Program-made: the position numbers and the translations under genes
Assembly (NCBI GenBank): GCA_028277845.1
Contig: JANQFL010000011.1
Coordinates: 200,887 to 264,886, forward strand
Length of the DNA: 64,000 nucleotides
Source: Sneathiellales bacterium
GTDB lineage: Bacteria; Pseudomonadota; Alphaproteobacteria; JANQFL01
Direction of reading: 5' to 3'
Shown here: one piece after another, positions 9,922 to 19,385 of the stretch
How the letters are laid out: every line of letters begins with the position of its first letter
How positions within the stretch are numbered: position 1 is the stretch's first letter
The notes under the pieces: generated by a model
Seen by the model: only the letters and a program-made list of their open reading frames with translations
Told to the model about the DNA's origin: nothing
The model's database searches: none

Positions 9922-10092
9922 ATGGCCACGGCGGCGCAGCTTGAATACGGCTGCACCTGGATCAACACCCATTTCATGCTGGTCAACGAATTGCCCCACC
10001 GCAGATTGAAACAGTCGGGTTACGGCAAGGACATGTCTCTCTACGCCCTCGAGAACTTCACGGCCGCGCGCCAAGTGATGATCGCGCACTAG
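9922..10092 (+). pseudogene. Aldehyde dehydrogenase C-terminal remnant (56 codons, 5' region deleted or replaced)
   Basis: The + frame encodes MATAAQLEYGCTWINTHFMLVNELPHRRLKQSGYGKDMSLYALENFTAARQVMIAH*, the conserved ALDH C-terminus. An in-frame TAG lies immediately upstream. It sits at the GC-content boundary of the islet. Confidence 0.65.
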
Positions 10093-10162
10093 AAAACACC
10101 CATTGTTTTGGCGCCGGAACCTTGTCTTTCGCCGGTCAGTGCCGGATGTGCCGGCAATCCGC

Positions 10163-11272
10163 TCATCCGGCGTCCCATAGGGAAAGGATTTGGCCTTCCG
10201 AGGGGCGGATATTGCCGTTCAGGGTCTTGATATAGCGGTCCAGCGTTTCCGCCGGGCCATGGCCCTGCACGACGGTAATCCAGTCGCCGGTCTTGCCGAC
10301 GAACGCGCTCCACCGTTCGTTGAGGCGGGTCTGGAAACCTTCCGCACCCCAAGCCTCCAGCCGCCGTTCGGCGTGCGTGGGGGCGAAGAAAAACCGTGAC
10401 CGGGGACCGGGCAGCCCCTCGTACTCCGTTGCCGCCGACTGCCAGTGGGTCAGGCCGACACGGCAACTGCTCTTCAATTCACCGCCAAAATGATGATGGA
10501 TGCGCGAGAGCACATCGGCGTCGCCCGCCATGTCGACGAAGGCCGCCGATGAGACGGGCAAGGTCTCCAGAGCATCATAGTTGACCACTTGGTCGTAGCA
10601 GCCCAGCGAGTCGACGAATTCGCGGTTACCCGGACTGGTCAGTCCAACGACGGAAAGCGACTCGGGTTTCTTGTTCTGCAGCAAATCAGCCAATGCCATG
10701 GACGTCTTGCTCGACGCACTGGACAGGATGACCGTTCCGGCGCCGAAATAGTCCTCGCTCCGATGGTAGTCCTCCAGCAGGAACGACGTCGCGAACAAAG
10801 GGCGGAACAGGCTGGTCAGGCTTTCGTGTTCGGGCCGGTACACCGGATCGGTCTTGGTGAACGCGTACTGATTGTAGAACGGCGCCCGTTCCTGGCGATG
10901 CGCGGCGCCGTCCGTCACCATGAACGGCGTCACCTTGGAGGGCTCGATCATCAGGTGTGTCGACATCGGCAGATAGCCGTACAGGCGATCGCCCTGTTCC
11001 AGTCCGGCGGCGTTGGAGGCGACGACGTCGGCATACCCCCACACCGGGATGCGGCCGTATCCAACGTGTCCGGTCGGGAAGAAATCCCAGTATCCGAGCT
11101 GGTCGGCCGAGACGCCGTAGGAGATGTTGTTTGCGGTCAGGGCGAAGGTGTCGACTTTCAGAAGACACCGGCCGTCATCAAGGCCATCGGCATCGGGGAA
11201 TTCCGTTTCGACGATCCTGGCGTCCGACAAATCGGACCGGTTGACGACCAAATCAATACCTGTGATGGGCAT
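10163..11272 (-). CDS. DUF2855-family hypothetical protein
   Basis: 369-aa ORF with coding-like high GC3. The family assignment is from recalled similarity and is tentative. Confidence 0.5.
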   Translation of the reverse strand: MPITGIDLVVNRSDLSDARIVETEFPDADGLDDGRCLLKVDTFALTANNISYGVSADQLGYWDFFPTGHVGYGRIPVWGYADVVASNAAGLEQGDRLYGYLPMSTHLMIEPSKVTPFMVTDGAAHRQERAPFYNQYAFTKTDPVYRPEHESLTSLFRPLFATSFLLEDYHRSEDYFGAGTVILSSASSKTSMALADLLQNKKPESLSVVGLTSPGNREFVDSLGCYDQVVNYDALETLPVSSAAFVDMAGDADVLSRIHHHFGGELKSSCRVGLTHWQSAATEYEGLPGPRSRFFFAPTHAERRLEAWGAEGFQTRLNERWSAFVGKTGDWITVVQGHGPAETLDRYIKTLNGNIRPSEGQILSLWDAG

Positions 11273-11465
11273 GTCGTTGCGCTCCCCGACGCGAACAACG
11301 GAATATGGATTCCTTTATCGGCCGGTGCGCACCCGTCGCATGATCCTACCCAGGCACATTTCCGGCCGCGGCGATCATAGCGTCGGCGCATTGCAGCGAA
11401 CAGCCGAATGTTCGATCGGAATTGCGCAGCGGCCGGGATGAAATTCCACGTCGCAATAACAGGCG

Positions 11466-12230
11466 TTAAGCCGCTTCCGCTTGCGCCTCGTCGTCCAGGG
11501 CAATACCCACGTCCAGCGCTTCCAACCAGTCGAGGAACCGGACGACATCGTCGCCCTGGAACAGACGGCCGTGTTGCGGCGCCATGATGTCGATCTCGAG
11601 GGCGCGGACCCGTTTGATCCAGGCGTTTTTGGCCTTGTTCGACGGCATCCAGCGCTGGTGGAAGTAGCGCATGTGCGCGGTGTGGGCTTCGAAATCCTCG
11701 ACGAACATGGGCACGTCGCCTTTCTCCAGCGCCGCACCGATGTCGCCGCTCATGAGGATTTTCGATTCAGGATCGTAGACGTGGAAATTGGCCGACGAAT
11801 GCAGATAGTGCGCCGGCACGAATTGCAGCGTCAGGCCATCCAGCTTCATGGTCGAGCCTTCGTCGGGGATCGGCACGAATTCCACATTGTCACAGCCGAA
11901 ATGGCGCACGAACCCTTCCCACAGCCAAGGGCAATGCAGTTTGGCCTGCGGCAAGGTACGATCCCATAACCCGAGCGACGAAATGATGTCCGGGTCCTGA
12001 TGGGACGCGAATATGTGGGTGATGTTTTCCAGCGGCGTGTGATGGATGACGGCGCTGAGCATGGCCGGAAAGATCTCGATCCCGCCCGGGTCCAGCAGCA
12101 TGGCCTGATTGCGCGTCGCGATGAGATATTGGTTGGTGTCGATGATCTTCTCCGGCTTTTCCGGGTCACGCCCGAAAACCAACCAGCGTGCGCCGCTCAC
12201 CTTGTTTTCGCTGAGAACCGTCGATTTCAT
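11466..12230 (-). CDS. MBL-fold metallo-hydrolase
   Basis: Contains the HxHxDH-like motif FASHQDPD followed by downstream His/Asp ligands. 254 aa. Confidence 0.75.
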   Translation of the reverse strand: MKSTVLSENKVSGARWLVFGRDPEKPEKIIDTNQYLIATRNQAMLLDPGGIEIFPAMLSAVIHHTPLENITHIFASHQDPDIISSLGLWDRTLPQAKLHCPWLWEGFVRHFGCDNVEFVPIPDEGSTMKLDGLTLQFVPAHYLHSSANFHVYDPESKILMSGDIGAALEKGDVPMFVEDFEAHTAHMRYFHQRWMPSNKAKNAWIKRVRALEIDIMAPQHGRLFQGDDVVRFLDWLEALDVGIALDDEAQAEAA

Positions 12231-12260
12231 TGTGTCCTCACTTCCTTCGTGCAGAAAAAT

Positions 12261-12893
12261 TCAGTTGCTGGCCGTCTGGTGCGCCCGCAACAGCGTGCGG
12301 CAGGAGGCCACCATGGACCGCACCTGCTCGGCGGAGTTGTTGAGGTCCACCGCCATGGCGTCGAATTGACCGCCGCTGGTCCCGAGCGATGCCGCTTCCG
12401 TCCGCGCCACCGTGGCGAAGCTTATGGCGGCGAGGATGCGTTGATCGATTTCATCCAGCAGCGATGTCAACGTGTACAGATATTCGCGTAGCCGGTCGCG
12501 CAGCGACTGAACCTCCCGTTCCAGCCCGGCCAGGGGTTGACGAACGGAGGCGGCGTATTCGGCCTTGCCGGCACGCTTTTGGCCTTCGGCCACCTTGTCC
12601 CTGGACTGCGCCGCCCTGACCTCGGACAGGGACGTTCGGGAAACTTCGAGGGCGACCCGGTTGACGTCGCCGGTGAGGCGGCGGACATCGTTGGCCAGTT
12701 CCTGCATGAAATCGGTGATGGGGCGGAATCCGCGCGCGCTCTGTTCCGCCCGGGCGGTAAGAGCCATGGTGTTCATGGCACCGAGCGAGATGTTTTCCGC
12801 CACCGGGATAACCTTGTCCAGCGTCGCCGCGATGGTCACGGCGGCAACGTAGAAGTCGTCGCCGGTCTTTTGTTTCGATACCGTGATCTCCAT
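12261..12893 (-). CDS. Small cytoplasmic protein with a degenerate MCP signalling-tip-like segment
   Basis: ATG at 12893 (MEITVSKQK...). The segment ISLGAMNTMALTARAEQSARGFRPITDFMQELAN aligns to the MCP hairpin-tip consensus [32 protein letters not shown], with substitutions at key positions. It is the last gene of the che/partner-switching operon. Confidence 0.45.
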   Translation of the reverse strand: MEITVSKQKTGDDFYVAAVTIAATLDKVIPVAENISLGAMNTMALTARAEQSARGFRPITDFMQELANDVRRLTGDVNRVALEVSRTSLSEVRAAQSRDKVAEGQKRAGKAEYAASVRQPLAGLEREVQSLRDRLREYLYTLTSLLDEIDQRILAAISFATVARTEAASLGTSGGQFDAMAVDLNNSAEQVRSMVASCRTLLRAHQTASN

Positions 12894-12904
12894 GGCGCAG
12901 TCTC

Positions 12905-13816
12905 CTACCGGGCCCCGTCGAAGTGCATGCGTGCCTCGACGATATTGCCGGCGCCCTCGAAGCGGACGTCGTCGAATGCCAGCTTGCGGGCGAACAGCAG
13001 GCCGCGGCCATGCAGGCCGCAATCCGAACATCCCTCGTGTTCTTCAAAACGGCGGTAGTCGAACCCCTTGCCCTGATCGGTCACCCGGATGGTGACACCG
13101 GACGGGCCATTGTCGAAGTCGACCAGAACGAACCGGTCCTTGAAGGGGGCCTGCTCCAGACGGCGCTCGATTTCCGTCTGCCAGGTGCCGTCGGCCAGCA
13201 GGACGGATTTCCGCTCGTAACCGATTTCGAGATTACCGTGCTCGATGGCGTTGACGAACAGCTCCCGTGCGCCCAGGGCGACCCGTTCCGGTTCCGGGCA
13301 CGACAGCGACAGCATCGTCGCCAGGTTCTCGGCTTCTTCCAATGTCCGTATCCTGAACTGACCGGACCGGACATGGCCGACGGCGGATGTGCGCTTGCGC
13401 ACTTCGGCCCGCAACTGCGACCGCTTCTCCTGTTCGAACACCGCCGCCCGGACGACCGCACACAGCGTCTTGTCATTGACCGGCTTGCGCAACTCATAGG
13501 CCGCCTCGCGGGCGATATGTTCGGCCACCGGGTGCGAGCCGTCTCCGGTTAACAACATCAATGGCACCTTCGATTTATCGGGTGGAAGCAGCAATTCGAG
13601 CAACGCCCCGTCGCTTTTGGAAAATCCGGTATCACCATCGAAAATGATGGCCTCAATCCCCGAAGACGAAGCACTGATCGCGGCCAGGCCATCGTCGGAA
13701 ATCTCCTGCAGGTCCTGCAATTCAAACTGCTCATCAGAAACTCTGGCCAATTTTCCAATACGTTGCGAACTTCGATCTATGATCAACACGGGAATGGGAT
13801 CTTCGGTCATATCCAT
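12905..13816 (-). CDS. Receiver-domain protein fused to an RsbW/SpoIIAB-like GHKL serine kinase (anti-sigma-factor-like)
   Basis: N-terminal receiver-like region (PVLIIDRS...IIFDGDTG...LMLLTGDG). C-terminal HATPase motifs ELFVNAIEHGN and DQGKGFD...GLHGRGLLFARK. Confidence 0.6.
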   Translation of the reverse strand: MDMTEDPIPVLIIDRSSQRIGKLARVSDEQFELQDLQEISDDGLAAISASSSGIEAIIFDGDTGFSKSDGALLELLLPPDKSKVPLMLLTGDGSHPVAEHIAREAAYELRKPVNDKTLCAVVRAAVFEQEKRSQLRAEVRKRTSAVGHVRSGQFRIRTLEEAENLATMLSLSCPEPERVALGARELFVNAIEHGNLEIGYERKSVLLADGTWQTEIERRLEQAPFKDRFVLVDFDNGPSGVTIRVTDQGKGFDYRRFEEHEGCSDCGLHGRGLLFARKLAFDDVRFEGAGNIVEARMHFDGAR

Positions 13817-13839
13817 CGCCGGAACTCAATTCGATTGTT

Positions 13840-15084
13840 TCAATAACGATGGAAACAGAGAACGGAGAGGTCATCGGGCAATGGTCCCGGCGCCCGCACG
13901 AAAAACCGGTTCAACAGGGATTCCATCATATCCTTGACGTTGGCGTGCCCGACGCTTTCCCCGGCCAGACGCAGCAGGTCGTCCTGTGTGAATACGGGGT
14001 CGGCCGGAGTCGGCGTTTCCACCAACGCATCACTGTAGAAAAAGAGCACATCGCCTTCACCGAAGGGCGTGGAATGAACCGTGTATTCGTTTTCCTTTCT
14101 GAATCCGACGGGCAGGCCGGCACTTTCGAGATAGCGAACGTCTCCGGAACGGTCGTTTGCCAAAATGGGTGGCGGGTGGGCCGCAGACGAATAGGTCAGG
14201 CGGTCGTTCTCGAGATCGAGAACGCCGATGATCATGGTCGCGAACTGCCCGGTCGGTAAAACCCGCGTGAAAAACGTATTCACCATTCCCAGATAATTGC
14301 CGGCGTCCACAATGGATTCGGACGCCATCCAATCCAGCAGGGTGTGCAGGCGAAACGTGTTCAACGCGGCGGTAACGCCATGACCGGAAAAGTCCGCCGA
14401 TACGAATCCAAGGCGGTTTTCGGTAATCGAGCGCAGGCCCCAGAAATCCCCGCCAAGCTCCTGGCAGGCTTCGTAGTGCGCCGCGATGCCCAGATTGTGA
14501 CGCGCCGAGAGCTTGTCGATGACGTCCTGACTGGGCATGAGGGCGCGTTGCATACCGTGCGCCATATCCAGTTCATAGCGCAACCGTTCCTGATAGATCG
14601 ACAGTTCCCGAATGAGAAACCGGTTTTCCAGATGGATTTTCACCCGTGCGATCAATTCGGGCGCATAGATCGGCTTCGTCACCAAATCCGTCGCGCCGAC
14701 ATCGAACGCCTTGGACCGTTCCTCCTCCGAATTGATTCCCGACTGAAACAGCACCGGTGTATCGCGCAGGAAAGGATCGGACCGGATTTTGCGGCAAACC
14801 TCGTAGCCATCCATGTCGGGCATGACGATATCGAGAAGAATCAGATCGGGCTTGATTTGCCGGGTCTTCTCGAGAGCTTCGTTGCCATCGGCGGCCTCTT
14901 CGACACAAGTGTAGCCGGCCTTCCGCAAATAGGCGGAAATCAAGGTCCGCTGCAATTTTCTGTCATCGACCACGAGGATGGACGCATCCAAGTTGTGTTG
15001 CTCGGATACCGTGGCCTCATGGGTGGCCTCGACCTCCAACGCCGGTGAGGCCGACACATTCTCCGCACGCAATGAAGCAGTCAT
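13840..15084 (-). CDS. Response regulator receiver plus PP2C-type (SpoIIE/RsbU-like) phosphatase
   Basis: ILVVDDRKLQRTL...DLILLDIVMPDMDGYEV...TKP forms the receiver. The C-terminus, with GGDFWGL and SDGL-like motifs, is PP2C. The track ORF extends to 15201, but the likely start is near MTASLRAEN. Confidence 0.75.
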   Translation of the reverse strand: MTASLRAENVSASPALEVEATHEATVSEQHNLDASILVVDDRKLQRTLISAYLRKAGYTCVEEAADGNEALEKTRQIKPDLILLDIVMPDMDGYEVCRKIRSDPFLRDTPVLFQSGINSEEERSKAFDVGATDLVTKPIYAPELIARVKIHLENRFLIRELSIYQERLRYELDMAHGMQRALMPSQDVIDKLSARHNLGIAAHYEACQELGGDFWGLRSITENRLGFVSADFSGHGVTAALNTFRLHTLLDWMASESIVDAGNYLGMVNTFFTRVLPTGQFATMIIGVLDLENDRLTYSSAAHPPPILANDRSGDVRYLESAGLPVGFRKENEYTVHSTPFGEGDVLFFYSDALVETPTPADPVFTQDDLLRLAGESVGHANVKDMMESLLNRFFVRAPGPLPDDLSVLCFHRY

Positions 15085-15110
15085 GGATATACCCAAACTC
15101 CGGCCGGCTT

Positions 15111-15419
15111 CTACATTTCCACGACGACCACATCGCCGATTTTGGCCAAATCCAGCAATTGCTTGACCTGACCGCGCGGTGATCGCAGTGCGAAATCCCA
15201 ACTGTTCTTCTGCAGTTCCTCATTGGCAATCATGAACATCCCCAGTCCCGCGGAATCGACGGAAGCCAACTGGGACAACTCGAACACGCATTTCTTTCCG
15301 CCATTTGAGATAACGTTCTTCAACACATCGCGGAATTCTCCATGGTCGGAGAACGTCAGTGCCTCGCTGAGCCGCACCACGACTTCGTTATCGGCCACAT
15401 TGACTTCGTGCTTCATCAT
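15111..15419 (-). CDS. STAS-domain anti-sigma-factor antagonist
   Basis: 102 aa with a SpoIIAA-like pattern, including the conserved phosphorylatable Ser region (...ELSQLASVDSAGLG...). Confidence 0.75.
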   Translation of the reverse strand: MMKHEVNVADNEVVVRLSEALTFSDHGEFRDVLKNVISNGGKKCVFELSQLASVDSAGLGMFMIANEELQKNSWDFALRSPRGQVKQLLDLAKIGDVVVVEM

Positions 15420-15430
15420 TCCCTCCTTTG

Positions 15431-16660
15431 CTAAAACAGTTCGACATCCCCGCCCGAGGCAGCGGCACCGGTGTCTTCTTCGTCCGGTATCGCGTCCTCT
15501 TCGTCAAACAACATGCGCCTGACGAAACGCTCCCGCATCTCGCCCAACGTGCAGCGGTTGACGACCGACAACAGCCATTCCTCGTCGACCACCGCGTCCT
15601 GATTGACATCCGAAACGGTCTCCCGCGTCTCGGCCTTCAAGTCATCGGTGGCATCACTGAGGACGGAGATGGTTCCGATGACGTTTTCCAATCTCTGTTT
15701 CGTACGGTCCTGGAATTGCGTGCCCGTGACCAGGCCGGAAACGTCTTTGGTGATGGCCTCGGCGACCTGCGCGGAATCCGACAGCGTGCTGGTGAACAGG
15801 TTGTTCTGCTCAACCAGTCCCTTCATCATTTTTTCGAGACGTTCCTTTGCAACGATCTGATCGGACATGTCGATGGCCGCGACCTTCTTTAATTCGGCGT
15901 GTCCGGACCGAACACCCTGCGTGACGGCCAGGACCTGTTCACGCATGTCGGTCGACAATCTATCGATTGTGCGGGACAGTTCCCGGACCTCTTCCGACAC
16001 CACACCGAAACCCTTGCCGGCGTCGCCGGCGCGCGCCGCCTCGATCTTGGCATTCATGGCCAGCAAGTTGGTCTGGTAGTTGATCGTTTCGATCTGGTCG
16101 ATGCAGGCCTCGACTTCTATGACGTGATTGATCACATCGTCGAGGGCATACACCATGGAGACGGCCTGCTTGGACATGAACAGGATCTTGTTGACCACGT
16201 CCATCAGCGTGCTCTCGAGAATCTGCGGAAACTCCGTCAGCCGGATGGACTCTCCATCCACTTCCACCTGCTGGGCCAGTTGGATGATCTCGAAGATACT
16301 CTCGGTCTGGCGCTGCGCATTGCCGGCCAGATTGGTAAATCGGCCGGAAAGGTCCTCCGTGCTTTCCTCGACCAGGTCGGAGGCAATTGTGATTTCGCCG
16401 CACAGGGCAGACAGGGTACGGCGTTGAATTTCCGACAGGCCGATCCAGCGGTCCAGGAACTCGACGACATCCGTGTGACTGTAATCCGGAGCGGTGTCGG
16501 CGTCCGCGGACAACCGCAGATCGTGTTCATCCACGGCCGTGCCGGATGTTTCGTGTTGGGCTTCGACGCAATCGATGGTCTCGGATTCATTGCCGGCCGT
16601 TTCGAACGGGTTTTCGGTTTCGTCCACCGCAAGGGCCGCCTTTTTCTTAAACCACAACAT
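15431..16660 (-). CDS. Soluble methyl-accepting chemotaxis protein (cytoplasmic MCP signalling domain)
   Basis: Has the highly conserved tip [39 protein letters not shown]. No TM segments. 409 aa. Confidence 0.8.
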   Translation of the reverse strand: MLWFKKKAALAVDETENPFETAGNESETIDCVEAQHETSGTAVDEHDLRLSADADTAPDYSHTDVVEFLDRWIGLSEIQRRTLSALCGEITIASDLVEESTEDLSGRFTNLAGNAQRQTESIFEIIQLAQQVEVDGESIRLTEFPQILESTLMDVVNKILFMSKQAVSMVYALDDVINHVIEVEACIDQIETINYQTNLLAMNAKIEAARAGDAGKGFGVVSEEVRELSRTIDRLSTDMREQVLAVTQGVRSGHAELKKVAAIDMSDQIVAKERLEKMMKGLVEQNNLFTSTLSDSAQVAEAITKDVSGLVTGTQFQDRTKQRLENVIGTISVLSDATDDLKAETRETVSDVNQDAVVDEEWLLSVVNRCTLGEMRERFVRRMLFDEEDAIPDEEDTGAAASGGDVELF

Positions 16661-16710
16661 CGATCCACTCGCCTCTCGCTAACCCAAACGTTCTCGACAT
16701 TCGCTCTGCA

Positions 16711-17781
16711 TCAAACCCGGACGGCCCGCACCGCGCGCGAACCGCAGCATGCAAGGATGGCCTCGCCGACCTTTCCGATGCCGACCTGCGTTTCCACGCC
16801 GCCGGCCTCGAAGGCGGCTTTCGGCATGCCGTAGACAACACAGGTGTTCTCGTCCTGCCCGATCGTGTTGGCACCGGCGTCACGCATGCATTTGAGCCCC
16901 TCGGCGCCATCACGGCCCATGCCGGTGAGAATAACCCCGACCGCATTGGCCCGCGCCACCTTGGCTACCGAAGAAAACAACACGTCGACGGACGGCCGAT
17001 GTCCACTGACGGGTGGTTGATCGTGCAATCGACAGACATAGTTGGCGCCCGAACGGGCCAGTTCGAGATGTTGATCACCCGGTGCGATGTATACGTGCCC
17101 GGGCAGCACGCGTTCGTTATGGCGTGCTTCCGACACGGATACATTGGCCATCTTGTTCAGACGTTCCGCGAAACTCGTTGTGAATTTCTCCGGCATATGT
17201 TGCGTCACCAGGATCGCCGGGCTGTCCGCGGGCAGCGGTATCACGACATCGCGAATGGCTTCCACACCGCCCGTCGACGCGCCGATCGCGACGACTTTCT
17301 CGGTTGACGAAAACCCTATGCCGGTCTTCAACGGTTTCCGGCTCGCCGCCGTTGAACGGTCGGTGCGGCGGACCCGGGCATTGGCGGCGGCTTTGACCTT
17401 GGCGATGATTTCCGCCTGTTTCTCGGACAGCCCCTGGGCCAAGTCCTGTGCCGGTTTGCCGACGAAGTCGACGGCACCGACTTCCAGCGCCTGAACGGTG
17501 GCTTCCGCGCCTTCCTGTGTCAGAGACGACACCATCACCACGGGCATCGGCCGCAACGACATGATTTTGGAGAGAAAAGACAACCCGTCCATCCTGGGCA
17601 TCTCGATATCCAGCGTCAGGACATCCGGATTGAGCTGTTTGATCTTGTCGCGGGCGACATAGGGATCGGGTGCCGCGAAAACGACTTCGATGTCGGGGTC
17701 GGCGTTGAGCATGGTTGTCAGCATTTGGCGCATCAGCGCCGAGTCGTCGACAACAATTACGCGGATGGGTTTGTCGGGCAT
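16711..17781 (-). CDS. cheB: Chemotaxis response regulator protein-glutamate methylesterase CheB
   Basis: Receiver ([13 protein letters not shown]...[12 protein letters not shown]) plus methylesterase domain (GASTGGVEA...HMP...GMGRDGAEG). Confidence 0.9.
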   Translation of the reverse strand: MPDKPIRVIVVDDSALMRQMLTTMLNADPDIEVVFAAPDPYVARDKIKQLNPDVLTLDIEMPRMDGLSFLSKIMSLRPMPVVMVSSLTQEGAEATVQALEVGAVDFVGKPAQDLAQGLSEKQAEIIAKVKAAANARVRRTDRSTAASRKPLKTGIGFSSTEKVVAIGASTGGVEAIRDVVIPLPADSPAILVTQHMPEKFTTSFAERLNKMANVSVSEARHNERVLPGHVYIAPGDQHLELARSGANYVCRLHDQPPVSGHRPSVDVLFSSVAKVARANAVGVILTGMGRDGAEGLKCMRDAGANTIGQDENTCVVYGMPKAAFEAGGVETQVGIGKVGEAILACCGSRAVRAVRV

Positions 17782-17790
17782 GGTGCGGCC

Positions 17791-18462
17791 TCAATCGAAC
17801 AGTTCGACATCACCGGCCACGGGCTTGCCGGCGATGGTCGCTTTGTATTTGCATTCGTTGGCGATGACAGCGCCGTCGCTGCTACGCCGCAGCAGCAGCC
17901 GCTTGACCTTGCCGGTGGCGGGAAAGTAGTGAATGCGCCGCGGCCGCTTGCCGCCGAGATCGACGGCCGTCGCCTCCAATCCCTCGTTCTTGAGATAATG
18001 CAAGGCGAAATCGGCGTTACGTTCGCCGATGAGCAATGATCCGTCCATGACGTTGCCGCCACCGAACAGCTTGATCTCCAACCGCCAGCGCGGACATCCC
18101 CGAACCAAGACGGTATTGATTAGGGTTTCCATGGCGTGGTTGCCGTATCGCATGGCGACGCCGCTGGTTTCACCCCAGTCGCCGGTGCTGCTGGCCGGCA
18201 ACATGAAATGATTCATGCCGCCGAAACCGGTTTCGGGATCACGGACACAGGCCGAAACGCAAGAGCCGAGTACCGTTACCAACATGTCTTCCGGATTCGA
18301 CGTGACATAATGTTCTCCCGGCAGCACCTTGCAGGCATAGGCGCGGAACATGGGATCGAAATAGCGTTTGATATGATGCGGCGGTTCGGGCTGACGGCGG
18401 TCCGGCGCGGTGCCACGCCGGTCACGCTTGCCGAAATCGGTCCGTGCGGCGGCAGTTGTCAT
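17791..18462 (-). CDS. cheD: Chemoreceptor glutamine deamidase CheD
   Basis: CheD-like sequence (VLGSCVSACVRDPETGFGGMNHFMLP). Overlaps the cheR stop. Confidence 0.8.
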   Translation of the reverse strand: MTTAAARTDFGKRDRRGTAPDRRQPEPPHHIKRYFDPMFRAYACKVLPGEHYVTSNPEDMLVTVLGSCVSACVRDPETGFGGMNHFMLPASSTGDWGETSGVAMRYGNHAMETLINTVLVRGCPRWRLEIKLFGGGNVMDGSLLIGERNADFALHYLKNEGLEATAVDLGGKRPRRIHYFPATGKVKRLLLRRSSDGAVIANECKYKATIAGKPVAGDVELFD

Positions 18463-19310
18463 GCCACCCTCCGGTAGACGGTCCGGCCCACAATCTTATA
18501 GCGCTGGCCGTCTTCGCGCAGGGATTCCGAATGCCCGATATAAAGCCACCCGCCCGGCTTGAGCAGAGAGGCGAATCGGTCGACCAGCCGTGCCTTGGTC
18601 GCCGCGTCGAAATAGATCATGACGTTGCGGCAGAAGATGGCATCGAACGGCCCCTTCATCGGCCAATTACCCAGCAAATTGAGCTGCTTGAATGCGATCA
18701 GTTCGCGCAGCGAGTCGGCCATGCGAACCGTGCCGGCATCGGCGGATTGGCAGAACTTGGCGTAGTAGCCGGCCGGCAGGGCTTCCTTGCAACTGGCGCC
18801 GTAGACACCGGCCCGGCCGGTGGCGACCATGTTGGTATCCAGGTCGGTGGCCAGGATGCGCGCATCCCAGGTATCCATGTTCGGCAGGGCACTGCGCGCC
18901 GTCATGGCGATCGAATAGGGTTCTTCGCCCGAAGAGCAGCCGGCCGACCAGATTCGCAGACGCTTCGACCCACCCGCCAATGCCTGAGCGTTGAGATCGC
19001 CGAGAACGGCCTCCTGCAAGTGATCGAAATGATGGGATTCGCGGAAGAATTTGGTCAGGTTGGTCGTAATGGCGTTGATGGCGTAACCGATTTCGTCACT
19101 GCCACCGTCGGCGATAAGGGCGCAATAGTCCTTGAAGGTCGACAGACCCAGTGCCCGCAACCGCCGGGCCAAACGGGCGTAGACCATGTTCTTTTTATGG
19201 TCGCCGAGGACAATGCCGGACTTTTCGTAGACGAGACGGGCCAGATAGGCGAACTCCTGTTCGGAGAACGCGAATTCCCGGTCCGCTTCCTGTTGTGCCA
19301 AAGCTTGCAT
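18459..19310 (-). CDS. cheR: Chemotaxis protein methyltransferase CheR
   Basis: CheR N-terminal plus SAM-MTase domain (RIWSAGCSSGEEPYSIAM...NVMIYF). Confidence 0.9.
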   Translation of the reverse strand: MQALAQQEADREFAFSEQEFAYLARLVYEKSGIVLGDHKKNMVYARLARRLRALGLSTFKDYCALIADGGSDEIGYAINAITTNLTKFFRESHHFDHLQEAVLGDLNAQALAGGSKRLRIWSAGCSSGEEPYSIAMTARSALPNMDTWDARILATDLDTNMVATGRAGVYGASCKEALPAGYYAKFCQSADAGTVRMADSLRELIAFKQLNLLGNWPMKGPFDAIFCRNVMIYFDAATKARLVDRFASLLKPGGWLYIGHSESLREDGQRYKIVGRTVYRRVA

Positions 19311-19385
19311 GACGCTTCCGTGCTCGAAGGGGATGGCGGGCCGCCCCGGCGGTGCCCACGCCGGGGCGGCCCACTGACGACCGGC

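Noticed and set aside
9877-10089. 70-aa minus-strand ORF in the track
   Set aside because: The plus strand at the same place encodes an unmistakable aldehyde dehydrogenase C-terminus. The minus-strand ORF is its antisense shadow.
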